Of a DNA stretch of 64,000 bases, positions 1 through 8,497 are shown piece after piece. Location: positions 581 to 64,580 of the forward strand of contig JAEXMB010000033.1 of NCBI GenBank assembly GCA_023444705.1, written 5' to 3'. The notes under the pieces were generated by a model that worked only from the letters and a program-made list of their open reading frames with translations, had not been told where the DNA came from and made no database searches. Every line of letters starts with the position of its first letter. Positions within the stretch are counted from its first letter, which is position 1. The position numbers and the translations under genes are program-made. This DNA comes from Pseudomonadota bacterium. GTDB taxonomy: Bacteria; Pseudomonadota; Alphaproteobacteria; Micavibrionales; UBA2020.

Positions 1-1095
1 AACCACCGGGAACGCGCCAGCCTGCGATAAGGTTGAGGACCGCGCGCGCCGCATTCTTGCGCGCCGCATAGGGGCGGCGCTCGATCCAGTTTTGCTGGCC
101 CGCGCTCTTGGCAATGGCGTCTTCGCTGATAGGTGCCGCGCGCGGGCGGCCCATCATGTTATCAGCCATATGCTCGACTGCCTTCAGGTGACGGTCGTCT
201 TTATCGACAGGAATAGTCAGGGTGTTAAAGATACGGCCCGTGACTTGCGTATCAGCGTTGTAGAATTTTGAGTCAGAGGAACCGCAGTTGTTCTGTCCGC
301 CGTTATCTTTGGGGTTACAGAACAGGGCCTGGAATTCCTGTGCATGGACAGCGACAACCGCAGCAGGGCCGCGCGCGGAAGCGGTGCCGCGCCTATTCAG
401 CGCCACACCGTTTGAATCGTTTTGCCAAGCACCGCGCATCGCACGCGAAAAAGCATTAGCGCTGCCAAGGCTACCAGCAGACGTTGCGACGGCGCAGGCT
501 TCTTCGCCGGCGGCGTCGGATTGGGCGATGGCGCTGCGCGCATCCTGCGTCTGGATTTCAAGCGACGCGCGGGTTTGCTGTTCGGCATCGGTGATGGCGG
601 CGATCTGCTGCGCCTGGTCCATGCCAGCGATATTGGCCTGTTCGGTCATCGCCTGCAACGATGGCTTGTAGTTGTAATACCAATAGGTGTCAAACCAGTC
701 GGCGATATCCTGTTCGGCCTGCTCAAGACGGCTGAACACCGTTTGCACCAGCGTGTCGACCGACATGCTGATATAATTTTCAACGACTTCGGTTGATGCG
801 ACCAGCGCCTCGTAATAGGCACTCTCAACCGCTGCCGTCAAAAGCGCGGTCGAACCGGGCACCGTGCAAGGGACAGTATTGACGCCGGCACAGCCGCAGG
901 GGCTTGGCAAGACGGGTTGCAGGGGGGAGCCCGGGATAGGCGGCGTCACACTGTACTGCGCACTGCATGACTGCGTCGATGCCGTCATGCTGTTATAGCC
1001 GACCAGAAAGAAGACAATCACCAGCACAGCCGAGAAAGTCCGGCGCAACAGGCGGCGCGCGGTCAGTGGCGGTTTATATGAAGGGGCTTTTGCCA
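1..1095 (-). CDS. 3'-truncated (window edge) membrane-anchored Cys-motif protein, paralog of 1096..2430; possible T4BSS periplasmic component
   Basis: Absent from the ORF track because it has no stop inside the window. My reverse translation from ATG (complement 1093-1095) stays open to position 1: MAKAPSYKPPLTARRLLRRTFSAVLVIVFFLVGY...QDIADWFDTYWYYNYKPSLQAMTEQAN...FCNPKDNGGQNNCGS. It shares the DWFDT(F/Y)WYYN, TEQAN and C-x-P-x-DN-x-G-x-N-x-C blocks with the upstream 444-aa ORF. Its start abuts that ORF's stop. Confidence 0.7.
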
Positions 1096-2430
1096 TCAGT
1101 CGCTCCCCTGCCCTTTTTCGAGCCCTTTGCCGTCGCGCAGCTCGCGCGCCTCAAGCCCCATTTCCGCCGCTAGCATCAGGGCGTAGCGGTCTATCAACTC
1201 CAGATGATCGTGCATCTGCATAACCTGAAAGGCATTTTGCACCGCCAGTTCGCGGTCTGCGTTGGCGGGGGTGTCGATCTGCTCGACGGAATACTGGCCG
1301 TTGCGGAAGCGCTCGCTCAGCATCGCTTCCATGATTTCCTGATAGGACGGGTTATCCGACAAAAGGTCAGGCGGAATGCCCGCACTGTCGCGGATCGCCG
1401 CGATGAAGGCACCGTTGCTGCCGCTAGGCGCGCGGCGGGCGATTGTGTATTGCAGGGCAGTGTGGATTGTCTGACGTTGTGCGCGCAACTCGTCACGCGC
1501 AAGCGCGGCTTGGATACCCTGAGCTGTATTAAGGCTGGCAGGATTGATGTTGTTGCTGACAAAAGGCTCTGCCACGTTGATCACCAGCGCATCTGCAGCC
1601 GCCTTGCGCTGGGCATCGGTCAGGTCGACGGTATCACGGCTGAAGACAGTCCCCGCAACATCGATGTCGGCATTGACCAGTGCCCCGCCGCCGCTTTGGC
1701 ACGTATTGATACCGTTATTGTCAGCAGGGTCGCAATAAACTGCGCGCACCTGATCCCAACGCTCGGCGATATCAGCCGCGGCACCACGCGCTGCCGTGCT
1801 GCCGCGCGCGCCGCCGCTGCGCGGTGCGGCGTCGGCAGGTGCGGCGCGCGCATAGGCGTCGACGATCGCATTGGCGCGCGCGATACCGCCAACGGCAGTG
1901 GCGGCCATGCACACTTGCGTGCTGGGCGCGGCATTGCGCTCGCTTTCGAATTCAAGTTCACCCATCAGGTGATTGGCGCGCAGCACCTCGGCACCATCGC
2001 GGAAGGTACTCATAGCGGCAGCTTGCATGGAATCCATCACGTTGGCCTGTTCGGTCTGGCCCTGCATTGATGGTTTTTCGTTGTAATACCAGAAGGTGTC
2101 AAACCAGTCGTCAATGTCCATGACGATCTGGCCGAAGCGAATGGTCGCCTGCAGGGCAAAGGCCTCTGCCGCAAGTGCGTATTGCGCATTGATCAGGCCG
2201 GTGGCAACCCCGATCTGCGTGGCCGTCTGCCCCGCAACAACAGCGAAGAGCGCCGATACACTGGTCGGGCCCTGCGCCACGCAAATGCCGCAACTGCAGG
2301 CCTGCGCCTCTGCAGGGCAGGACGTCGCGACACTCATGGTTAGATAGCCAACCGTGATCATCGCCAGAAAAACGGCGACGATGGCGATCTTGCGCCATGA
2401 TCTGCGTAAATAAGTCCCGGCTGTGGTCAT
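1096..2430 (-). CDS. membrane-anchored Cys-motif protein; IcmX-like in size and position, family not confirmed
   Basis: 444-aa ORF with an N-terminal TM (IAIVAVFLAMITVGYLTM), the motif CPAEAQACSCGIC, and DDWFDTFWYYNEKPSMQGQTEQAN plus YCDPADNNGINTCQS. Clear paralog of 1..1095. Same strand and neighbourhood as the dot genes. Confidence 0.75.
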   Translation of the reverse strand: MTTAGTYLRRSWRKIAIVAVFLAMITVGYLTMSVATSCPAEAQACSCGICVAQGPTSVSALFAVVAGQTATQIGVATGLINAQYALAAEAFALQATIRFGQIVMDIDDWFDTFWYYNEKPSMQGQTEQANVMDSMQAAAMSTFRDGAEVLRANHLMGELEFESERNAAPSTQVCMAATAVGGIARANAIVDAYARAAPADAAPRSGGARGSTAARGAAADIAERWDQVRAVYCDPADNNGINTCQSGGGALVNADIDVAGTVFSRDTVDLTDAQRKAAADALVINVAEPFVSNNINPASLNTAQGIQAALARDELRAQRQTIHTALQYTIARRAPSGSNGAFIAAIRDSAGIPPDLLSDNPSYQEIMEAMLSERFRNGQYSVEQIDTPANADRELAVQNAFQVMQMHDHLELIDRYALMLAAEMGLEARELRDGKGLEKGQGSD

Positions 2431-2524
2431 TACACCCCTGAATTCCCTGACATTGGCGTCATATTCAGCCTATCCTGATAGTGTATCATATTTAGTTAAA
2501 ATGTGAGATATTTTCAGAATATTA

Positions 2525-2553
2525 AGGAAAATCAAGGGGCTGAAATCCAGCCC
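2525..2553 (-). terminator. putative rho-independent terminator after the TcpQ-like gene
   Basis: On the minus strand, GGGCTG-GATTT-CAGCCC hairpin (2537-2553) followed by a T-rich tract (CTTGATTTTCC). Confidence 0.4.
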
Positions 2554-2605
2554 TGCCGCCATTTTTTGCAACTGGCGGCGGTCATTCAGCCCGGAAAAGC
2601 GGAAA

Positions 2606-3829
2606 TCAGTAGCCGACTCCGTAAGCCTTGACCACCAGCGTGCGGGCCTGCCCGCCTTGCTGGTGCAGTTGCGCATAAGGGCGCGGCTTGGCATTGGCGA
2701 AGCGGTCCAGCAGTTGCGATGCGGCATCGCTGAAGGTGCCGTCGATGCTCACGCTCTGGCGCAGGCGGTAGTCGTAGTCGATCGACCAGTAAAGATCGAC
2801 ACCCGCGCGGTTGGCCCAGTCCTGCAAAACGTCGCGCAGAGTCATGCCTGCCTCGGCCTGCCAGCTGGCGGCAGGGGCGCTGACCACAGCGCGCGACGAC
2901 ATCGGCGGGCGCACCACAGGGGCTGCCGCGCGTGCCGCCGCTGGTGGTGTCGCGGGTGGCGCCATCGTCAGCGCGATCGGGGAGAGGTCTTCGCCGGGTG
3001 CGGTTGCCAGTTGCTCGTCATTATTAAGCGCGGATGCCGCAACATCGTTTTGCGCGTCGTCCCACTCTGCGGTCATTTGCTCGGCCGCGTTGCGCGGGGG
3101 TGCGCCAATGGTCGCCTCGACCGGCGTTTCCTCGCGCGAGAGCTGCGAGCGGATGCGCGAGATCAGGCCCGCGGGTTTTTTGCGGCGGATGTCAGCCGTT
3201 TCAACTGATGACGGTGCCGCAGGTACTGCGGGCGGTGTTACCTGCGCCGTTTGCAGCGCGGGTGCGCTTGCACCCTGCTCCATCACCATCAGGACGTTGT
3301 CGTCTTGCGTTTCAAAGGTCAGGCCCTTACTCGCCAGCATATCATGCGCGACGTCGCGCCAGGGCTTGCCGCCCTCCCACGATACGCGCTGGCCGAGATC
3401 GACACCCGGTGAAAACGCGAATTGATAACCCGGCGGCGCCACCTGTTGCAACGCGATCACCAGCGGCAGGTCGGTGCCAAAACCGCTGAGCATCCCGTCT
3501 GCCTGCGCAACAGCAAGTGGCGCGGCATCGACAGGCGCGGGTGCGTCGATCGGCACGGCAGTGACGGGAATGGTGGCCTGCCCGGCCGCATCGGGCATCA
3601 TGCCGATGGGCGCAAGGGTGCTGTCGCTCTGGATTGCGCCACCCGATTGGGGTTGCGCCTGCGGAATACCCGCGCCGCGAATTTCAAAGCCGGCATGTGC
3701 CGCCAGCGGCACCAGTACGACAGCCACAGCGACCGAGGCCGCAAGCAGGCGCGGCAGGCAGGGGAGCATTTGGGCGGGGCGGCGTGAGGTCATCGGGCGG
3801 GCCAGTGCTAAGGACGGGTTTATGCGCAT
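2606..3829 (-). CDS. secreted TcpQ/PilL-like domain protein (secretion or pilus outer-membrane accessory class)
   Basis: Signal-like segment LLAASVAVAVVLVPLAAHA. The C-terminus WQAEAGMTLRDVLQDWANRAGVDLYWSIDYDYRL...GTFSDAASQLLDRF resembles the TcpQ/PilL C-terminal domain. A weaker earlier copy is SWEGGKPWRDVAHDMLASKGLTFE. Start is ambiguous (3898, 3829 or 3793). Confidence 0.6.
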   Translation of the reverse strand: MRINPSLALARPMTSRRPAQMLPCLPRLLAASVAVAVVLVPLAAHAGFEIRGAGIPQAQPQSGGAIQSDSTLAPIGMMPDAAGQATIPVTAVPIDAPAPVDAAPLAVAQADGMLSGFGTDLPLVIALQQVAPPGYQFAFSPGVDLGQRVSWEGGKPWRDVAHDMLASKGLTFETQDDNVLMVMEQGASAPALQTAQVTPPAVPAAPSSVETADIRRKKPAGLISRIRSQLSREETPVEATIGAPPRNAAEQMTAEWDDAQNDVAASALNNDEQLATAPGEDLSPIALTMAPPATPPAAARAAAPVVRPPMSSRAVVSAPAASWQAEAGMTLRDVLQDWANRAGVDLYWSIDYDYRLRQSVSIDGTFSDAASQLLDRFANAKPRPYAQLHQQGGQARTLVVKAYGVGY

Positions 3830-3924
3830 GTGATGCCGGATTTCTATGACAGAATCCAGCCGCACAGCGGCTTTGCCGAAAGTACACCCGAAAGGCATGG
3901 AAAATCAATGCGGTTAGAGCGTGC

Positions 3925-3953
3925 TTGACAGGCTTCTTTGATTTTCATATTGT
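3925..3953 (+). promoter_or_regulatory. sigma70-like promoter for the two small plus-strand paralogs
   Basis: TTGACA (3925-3930), a 17-nt spacer, then TATTGT (3948-3953), about 37 nt upstream of the ATG at 3991. Confidence 0.4.
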
Positions 3954-3990
3954 GACTTAATTTTTCAGAATCTACAAAACTGAGCATCCT

Positions 3991-4245
3991 ATGGCCAAAA
4001 GCACAAAAACGACGCTCGACAAAATCGACTGGGACAGCATCGCAACCGAGCTGCTGGCCACATTCAATGCGGCCAATACGTTGCGCACCACTGCCTATGG
4101 CAACGACGACAGACGACACAATGCCGAGCTGGCTGTACAGGCCGCGCTTGCGCTTGCGCAAGTCAGCGCCGAAGCCCGCGCCGTGCGCGAAGAAAAAGAG
4201 CGCGACAACTTCACGATCAGCAAACCCAAAGGGCAGCAGGCATGA
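3991..4245 (+). CDS. small hypothetical protein, tandem paralog A
   Basis: 84 aa. Shares IDWD, AY-x-x-D, an A-rich helix and the C-terminal F-x-(I/L)-SKP-x-G with the next ORF. Confidence 0.6.
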   Translation: MAKSTKTTLDKIDWDSIATELLATFNAANTLRTTAYGNDDRRHNAELAVQAALALAQVSAEARAVREEKERDNFTISKPKGQQA

Positions 4246-4487
4246 GCAACCCCGTAAAATCAGCCAGCGAGATCGACTGGGATAAAATGGCCAAGCGTCT
4301 TGGCCGTGCCTTTGATGATGCGATGGACGAGGCAGAACAGTATGCGTATTCCGATCAGGATTCCTGCGCGCCGCTGATCGCCGCCAGCAAGGCGGCACAA
4401 GCACTGGTCAAAATTTCCGAACGCGCGCAGGCGCAAAAGGAAGCGGCTGAAAAGAGCGGCTTTAAACTCTCCAAGCCCGCAGGCTGA
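4242..4487 (+). CDS. small hypothetical protein, tandem paralog B
   Basis: 81 aa. ATGA start/stop overlap with paralog A. Sequence SEIDWDKMAKRL...AAQALVKISERAQAQKEAAEKSGFKLSKPAG. Confidence 0.6.
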   Translation: MSNPVKSASEIDWDKMAKRLGRAFDDAMDEAEQYAYSDQDSCAPLIAASKAAQALVKISERAQAQKEAAEKSGFKLSKPAG

Positions 4488-4504
4488 TTTCATTTCAGAA
4501 AAGG

Positions 4505-4777
4505 TTAGCGCGAACCGGTGTCTTGCAGACGGCGGCGGCGTGTCCATATCCATGCCGGACGGTACTTGCCGATCAGCCACAGGCGACCAGCACGCAAGGC
4601 AGAGGCGAACGACAGCCCTTTGCGCTCCAGCACCCAAAACGTCAGAAAAACGCCGATCAGCAAAAACAGCGTCCACAGGCGGAAGTGAACCAGCAGCAGG
4701 ATGACGAAAAACCCCGCACGCGCGTCAAAGGCAAAGAAGCGCACGGGCTTCATGGTATTGCGCCAATGCCAGCTCAT
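4505..4777 (-). CDS. icmT: IcmT/TraK-like small inner-membrane T4BSS protein
   Basis: 90 aa. WHWRNTMKPVRFFAFDARAGFFVILLLVHFRLWTLFLL matches my memory of the IcmT pattern (WR..ar..rFF.vDa.a.fp...fLlHir.WT). It lies immediately downstream of dotB. Confidence 0.7.
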   Translation of the reverse strand: MSWHWRNTMKPVRFFAFDARAGFFVILLLVHFRLWTLFLLIGVFLTFWVLERKGLSFASALRAGRLWLIGKYRPAWIWTRRRRLQDTGSR

Positions 4778-4798
4778 GATACTCCCCTTCCCTTGCCG

Positions 4799-6019
4799 TT
4801 AGTTGATTTCAGTGACGACTGCGTCGTCGTCGTCATCAGTGATGCCAAGCGCCGTCGCGGCGGCCTTGGTACCCTGCGCATAAAGAAGATAGTAGCGGTG
4901 TTCGATCAATCCAGCCTCGTAAGCATCGCGCGCGGATTTTTCCATCGTCTTGCCGTACTTGGGCACCATCGTCATCAGCTCGAACGGCCAGCGGTCGGCA
5001 GGCAGGTTGAGCATGCGCTCGCGGATTTCCTCGGTGAAAGGCATGTATTCGCGCAAGGCCACGCGTCCGCCGCCGATTCTCGGCACCAGCGTCTGCGTAA
5101 CGATCAGGCGCACGGTTTCCATCAGCGAATAGGCGCGCTCGGAGCGCTCGGACGGCTCGAACGTCGAGACCATGCGTCGGATGGTGGCGGCCACACCCGT
5201 GGTGTGGACGGTGGCGTAAACCGTGTGGCCGGTCTGCCCCGCTTCGATTGCGGCGTTGATGGTTTCGCGGTCGCGCGCCTCGCCCACCATGATGATCTCG
5301 GGCTTGCGGCGCAGGGCGTTGCGCACACCGGCGGCAAAGGTCGGCAAGTGGCGCGGAATTTCCGTCTGCGCGACCAATGATCTGCGCGAGGTGATGGTGT
5401 CGTAGGTGAATTCGATCGGCGCTTCGTACGTCAGCATCTTGCCGCAGCCGTGCGGGCTTTCGATCAGCATGCGGTTGCCAGCGGCCAGCAAGGTCGACTT
5501 ACCCGAACCGGTCGGCCCCGTCACCAGCACAAGCCCCTGACGCGGTTTCCAGTTTTCGATGATCTCGGGCTCGATGTTGAGCTGCTTCATCGTGGGCGGC
5601 GCCTGCGGCAGGGTACGCATGGTGACCTGCACGCCGTCGCGGCCATCGGCCAGAATCGCCGTCATGTTCACGCGAAAGCGCGTGCGCGTGAAACGATCAA
5701 CCATGATCTCGTAAGACAAGTCGATGTCCGCACCGCCGGCAAGGATGGCCAGTGCCTCCGTACCATAGAGGCGGGTGAGGATCGCCGTCATGTCGGCGGC
5801 GTCAAGCGCGCGGTGCGTGCCCGGATAAAGCGTGCCGTGAATTTCACAATAGACGGCGCGGTTGGATTGAAATGTGATGTCCGATGCGCCGCGCTTGACG
5901 CACCACAGCAGGAACGGGTCAATGTGATGCTCGAGAAAACGGTCCGGCTCGTTCGGCCAGGTTTCCTTGAGGTCATCGATACCCTTCTTGAGAAGGCTTA
6001 CCGGTCTGCCGGCTTCCAT
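4799..6019 (-). CDS. dotB: DotB/TraJ-type secretion ATPase (PilT/VirB11 superfamily)
   Basis: Walker A LVTGPTGSGKSTLL. Asp/His boxes IIMVGEARDRETINAAIEAGQTGHTVYATVHT. Sits in dotD-dotC-dotB order and overlaps dotC by 22 nt. Acidic C-tail DDDDDAVVTEIN. Confidence 0.85.
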   Translation of the reverse strand: MEAGRPVSLLKKGIDDLKETWPNEPDRFLEHHIDPFLLWCVKRGASDITFQSNRAVYCEIHGTLYPGTHRALDAADMTAILTRLYGTEALAILAGGADIDLSYEIMVDRFTRTRFRVNMTAILADGRDGVQVTMRTLPQAPPTMKQLNIEPEIIENWKPRQGLVLVTGPTGSGKSTLLAAGNRMLIESPHGCGKMLTYEAPIEFTYDTITSRRSLVAQTEIPRHLPTFAAGVRNALRRKPEIIMVGEARDRETINAAIEAGQTGHTVYATVHTTGVAATIRRMVSTFEPSERSERAYSLMETVRLIVTQTLVPRIGGGRVALREYMPFTEEIRERMLNLPADRWPFELMTMVPKYGKTMEKSARDAYEAGLIEHRYYLLYAQGTKAAATALGITDDDDDAVVTEIN

Positions 6020-7290
6020 TGCTGCGATCCTGTCAGGAATTCAGACGGGCCGGTGATACGCAGCGCGCGATCGCCCACCCGCATGAGGTTTTTGCCGCCG
6101 GTCACCCCGCGGTCTTCATGCATGGCGTAGGGTGCGGAAATCTTGCCCTCTGCCAGCAGGGTCCGGTAACGCACCATACCGTTATAGTCTGACACCAATT
6201 GGTTAAGATTGGTTTCAAAGGCTTCTTCACCCTGATTGTAGCCCGCTGTCCAGCCCTGCTTGACCCAGCTGTTCCATTCCAGCTGTTCCTTGTCATCCTT
6301 GGGCCACAAGACACGCGGCGGCGGCGTGATGTCGGTTTCGTATTCGGGCATCAGATAGGTGCGCCAGTCGCGCGGCGCGGCGACGATCTTCGCCTGCTTG
6401 TTGATGTCGAGGATCTGGTCGGCAACGGCGGCTTCGTTGCCGTCGTTGGTGATGAGGATATTGTCGAGCGATTCGCGCACGATCGGCGGTTCGATCAACA
6501 GGCCCGACGGCGCGCGCACCAAAAGCGCGCGGAAATTGAACACGCCGTCCATGACCTGTTCGTAATCTTCAAGACGTTCGGCCACCTGATACTGGCGCTT
6601 GGCAAGGCCGCCGCGCGCGCCGTACGACAAGGCCGCCTCGCGCTGGGCATCGCGGCGGATGTCGAGGTTGAGCAGTTCTTCCTCCACTTCCGCATCGGTG
6701 ACGTTATAGGTCGTGCCGTGCGTCTTGTGGACGTCTTGCAGGCGGTCAAGCTCGGGCGGGGTCGGCTCGTCCGTCACGGTCTGGCGCGGATCGACCACAG
6801 TCGCGCGCGCAAAGTTGGTGACGTCGCCGTCGCGCTTGGCCTTGTCGGCCAGCTTGTTCGCCTTGTATTGCGGGCTGTCGGGGTTTTTCAGCAGTGCATT
6901 CATCTCGTCGGATGAAATCTCGTCAGGTTGCTGGCCGGGCAGGACCATGCCGGGCGGATAGTAAAAACTCTGCACGCCCTGCGGCGTGACAAAGCCCTGC
7001 GGCACCATGATCTGGCCCTGCCCGTACTGACCTTGCCCGTACTGGCCTTGCATATAGGGCTGTTGCTGGCCGATCTGCTGGCCATAGCCGTATTGCTGTT
7101 GCGTGCCGCCCGTCGTCGTGCCCGATGACGGCGCGCCAAACATCTGCGCGATGGCGCTGGCGTTTGAATTGGGTTGTTGTTGCGTCGTGGTGGTTGTCGT
7201 CTGCGCATGGGCAGCCGTGTGCAGGGCCATCAGGGCGCCCGCCGCGACAATCATGAATGCTGTGCGTTTAACCGCCGGAAGCAGGCGCAT
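5998..7290 (-). CDS. dotC: DotC/TraI-type T4BSS outer-membrane-complex protein with an N-terminal Thr/Gln/Gly/Tyr low-complexity insert
   Basis: Signal peptide MIVAAGALMALHTAAHA. The conserved block EAALSYGARGGLAKRQYQV...FNFRALLVRAPSGLLIEPPIVRESL...AKIVAAPRDWRTYL fits the DotC family as I recall it. Lies between dotD and dotB. Confidence 0.8.
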   Translation of the reverse strand: MRLLPAVKRTAFMIVAAGALMALHTAAHAQTTTTTTQQQPNSNASAIAQMFGAPSSGTTTGGTQQQYGYGQQIGQQQPYMQGQYGQGQYGQGQIMVPQGFVTPQGVQSFYYPPGMVLPGQQPDEISSDEMNALLKNPDSPQYKANKLADKAKRDGDVTNFARATVVDPRQTVTDEPTPPELDRLQDVHKTHGTTYNVTDAEVEEELLNLDIRRDAQREAALSYGARGGLAKRQYQVAERLEDYEQVMDGVFNFRALLVRAPSGLLIEPPIVRESLDNILITNDGNEAAVADQILDINKQAKIVAAPRDWRTYLMPEYETDITPPPRVLWPKDDKEQLEWNSWVKQGWTAGYNQGEEAFETNLNQLVSDYNGMVRYRTLLAEGKISAPYAMHEDRGVTGGKNLMRVGDRALRITGPSEFLTGSQQWKPADR

Positions 7291-7801
7291 AGTTCAGCTC
7301 GACAACTTTCTGGTCGACATCGACCGAAATATCCGCGCGCGTGCCAGCCTGCAGGCCAACGTCGCGCAGCACCTCAACCACCGATTTCTGCTTGGCGATC
7401 ACATGCACAACCACGGGCGCGGGCGGCACATCGCCGTTGACGCGGAAGCGATAGCCCGCGCGGTCGGCCAGTTTTTGCGTCAGCGGTTCGATCGGGCCGA
7501 CCCACTCGACACTGACGCTGCGGCGCAGTTCCTGCGGTGCGGAGGGCACGGACTGGATGGCGACAGCGGGCGTGCGCGCCTGTTCGACCGACGCCAGCGT
7601 TTGCAGCGCAGCCGACGCGCGGTCGGCGGCGGATGCCAGACGCAGACTGACCGGATCGGGTTCGGCGACCATTTGCTGGTCGACCTTCTGGTTGAAATTC
7701 AGCGGCGCGCAGGCAGCCAGCGTGACGGCGAGCGCGGCGCACGCGACCAGCGCGGCAACGCGGCGGTATGGCAAGAGTGTGACAGCGGTATGTGACGGCA
7801 T
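7268..7801 (-). CDS. dotD: DotD/TraH-type T4BSS lipoprotein
   Basis: Lipobox-like LTLAAC after a hydrophobic stretch. The C-terminal domain VSVEWVGPIEPLTQKLADRAGYRFRVNGDVPPAPVVVHV...VLRDVGLQAGTRADISVDVDQKVVELNY resembles DotD. I chose the internal ATG at 7801 over the ORF-track start at 7906. Confidence 0.8.
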   Translation of the reverse strand: MPSHTAVTLLPYRRVAALVACAALAVTLAACAPLNFNQKVDQQMVAEPDPVSLRLASAADRASAALQTLASVEQARTPAVAIQSVPSAPQELRRSVSVEWVGPIEPLTQKLADRAGYRFRVNGDVPPAPVVVHVIAKQKSVVEVLRDVGLQAGTRADISVDVDQKVVELNYAPASGG

Positions 7802-8008
7802 GACGCCTGCGCTTCCCCTAATTTTTACCCTTGTGCAGGCGCGACGCCGTGCCAAAGGCATTTGGCGTGGCTGGCACCGGTCCCCCGACCGGACATCCCC
7901 ACGCATGAACCTATGTTTTTTAATTTTATGGGTTTACGCCGCCGCAAGCAAGCCTTTCGCGGACATGATGGCGGCAAAAGTCACAGTGTAATCTGGTAAA
8001 TGGAAACT

Positions 8009-8497
8009 TCAGCGCGTTTGCGCGCCCTGCGTCGTGCGGCTGGCGACGGCGGCACTGGCGCGCGCGTGCGCCGCGACAAGGTCGCTTGGCTGGCGCACAA
8101 GGCGGTAGTTCTGCATCGCGCGCAAAACTTTCTCGCGGTACTTGTGGCCGAATTTCGGCGTGGCGGAGTGATACCACGCAATCCCCTGATAAAGACTACC
8201 GGTATCGTTCATCTTTTTACGCAGGATCCACGCACCGACGCCGATGTTGATGCAGGCGTCGTCGCGCACCATCTGCTTGGCGCGGCTTTCCGACACGTTC
8301 CAGTGACGCGCCAGTTCGGGCATCCAGATGGTGTTGATCTGCATGGGGCCAAGGTCGTGCGTGCCGTTGGTGTTGGGCACCGCCTGACCGACGCGCCCGC
8401 CTTCGACATGCAGGATACCGAGAATAACGGGGGCAGGCACAGAATAGGTCTGTGCCGCAGCGAAGATACACATGGCAAGGGCCTGCGCGGTAATCAT
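8009..8497 (-). CDS. lytic transglycosylase (SLT domain; VirB1/TrbN-like specialised muramidase)
   Basis: Motifs LHVEGG (catalytic Glu context), GPMQIN and AWYHS. Signal-like N-terminus. ATGA-coupled to the upstream Dsb-like gene. Confidence 0.8.
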   Translation of the reverse strand: MITAQALAMCIFAAAQTYSVPAPVILGILHVEGGRVGQAVPNTNGTHDLGPMQINTIWMPELARHWNVSESRAKQMVRDDACINIGVGAWILRKKMNDTGSLYQGIAWYHSATPKFGHKYREKVLRAMQNYRLVRQPSDLVAAHARASAAVASRTTQGAQTR

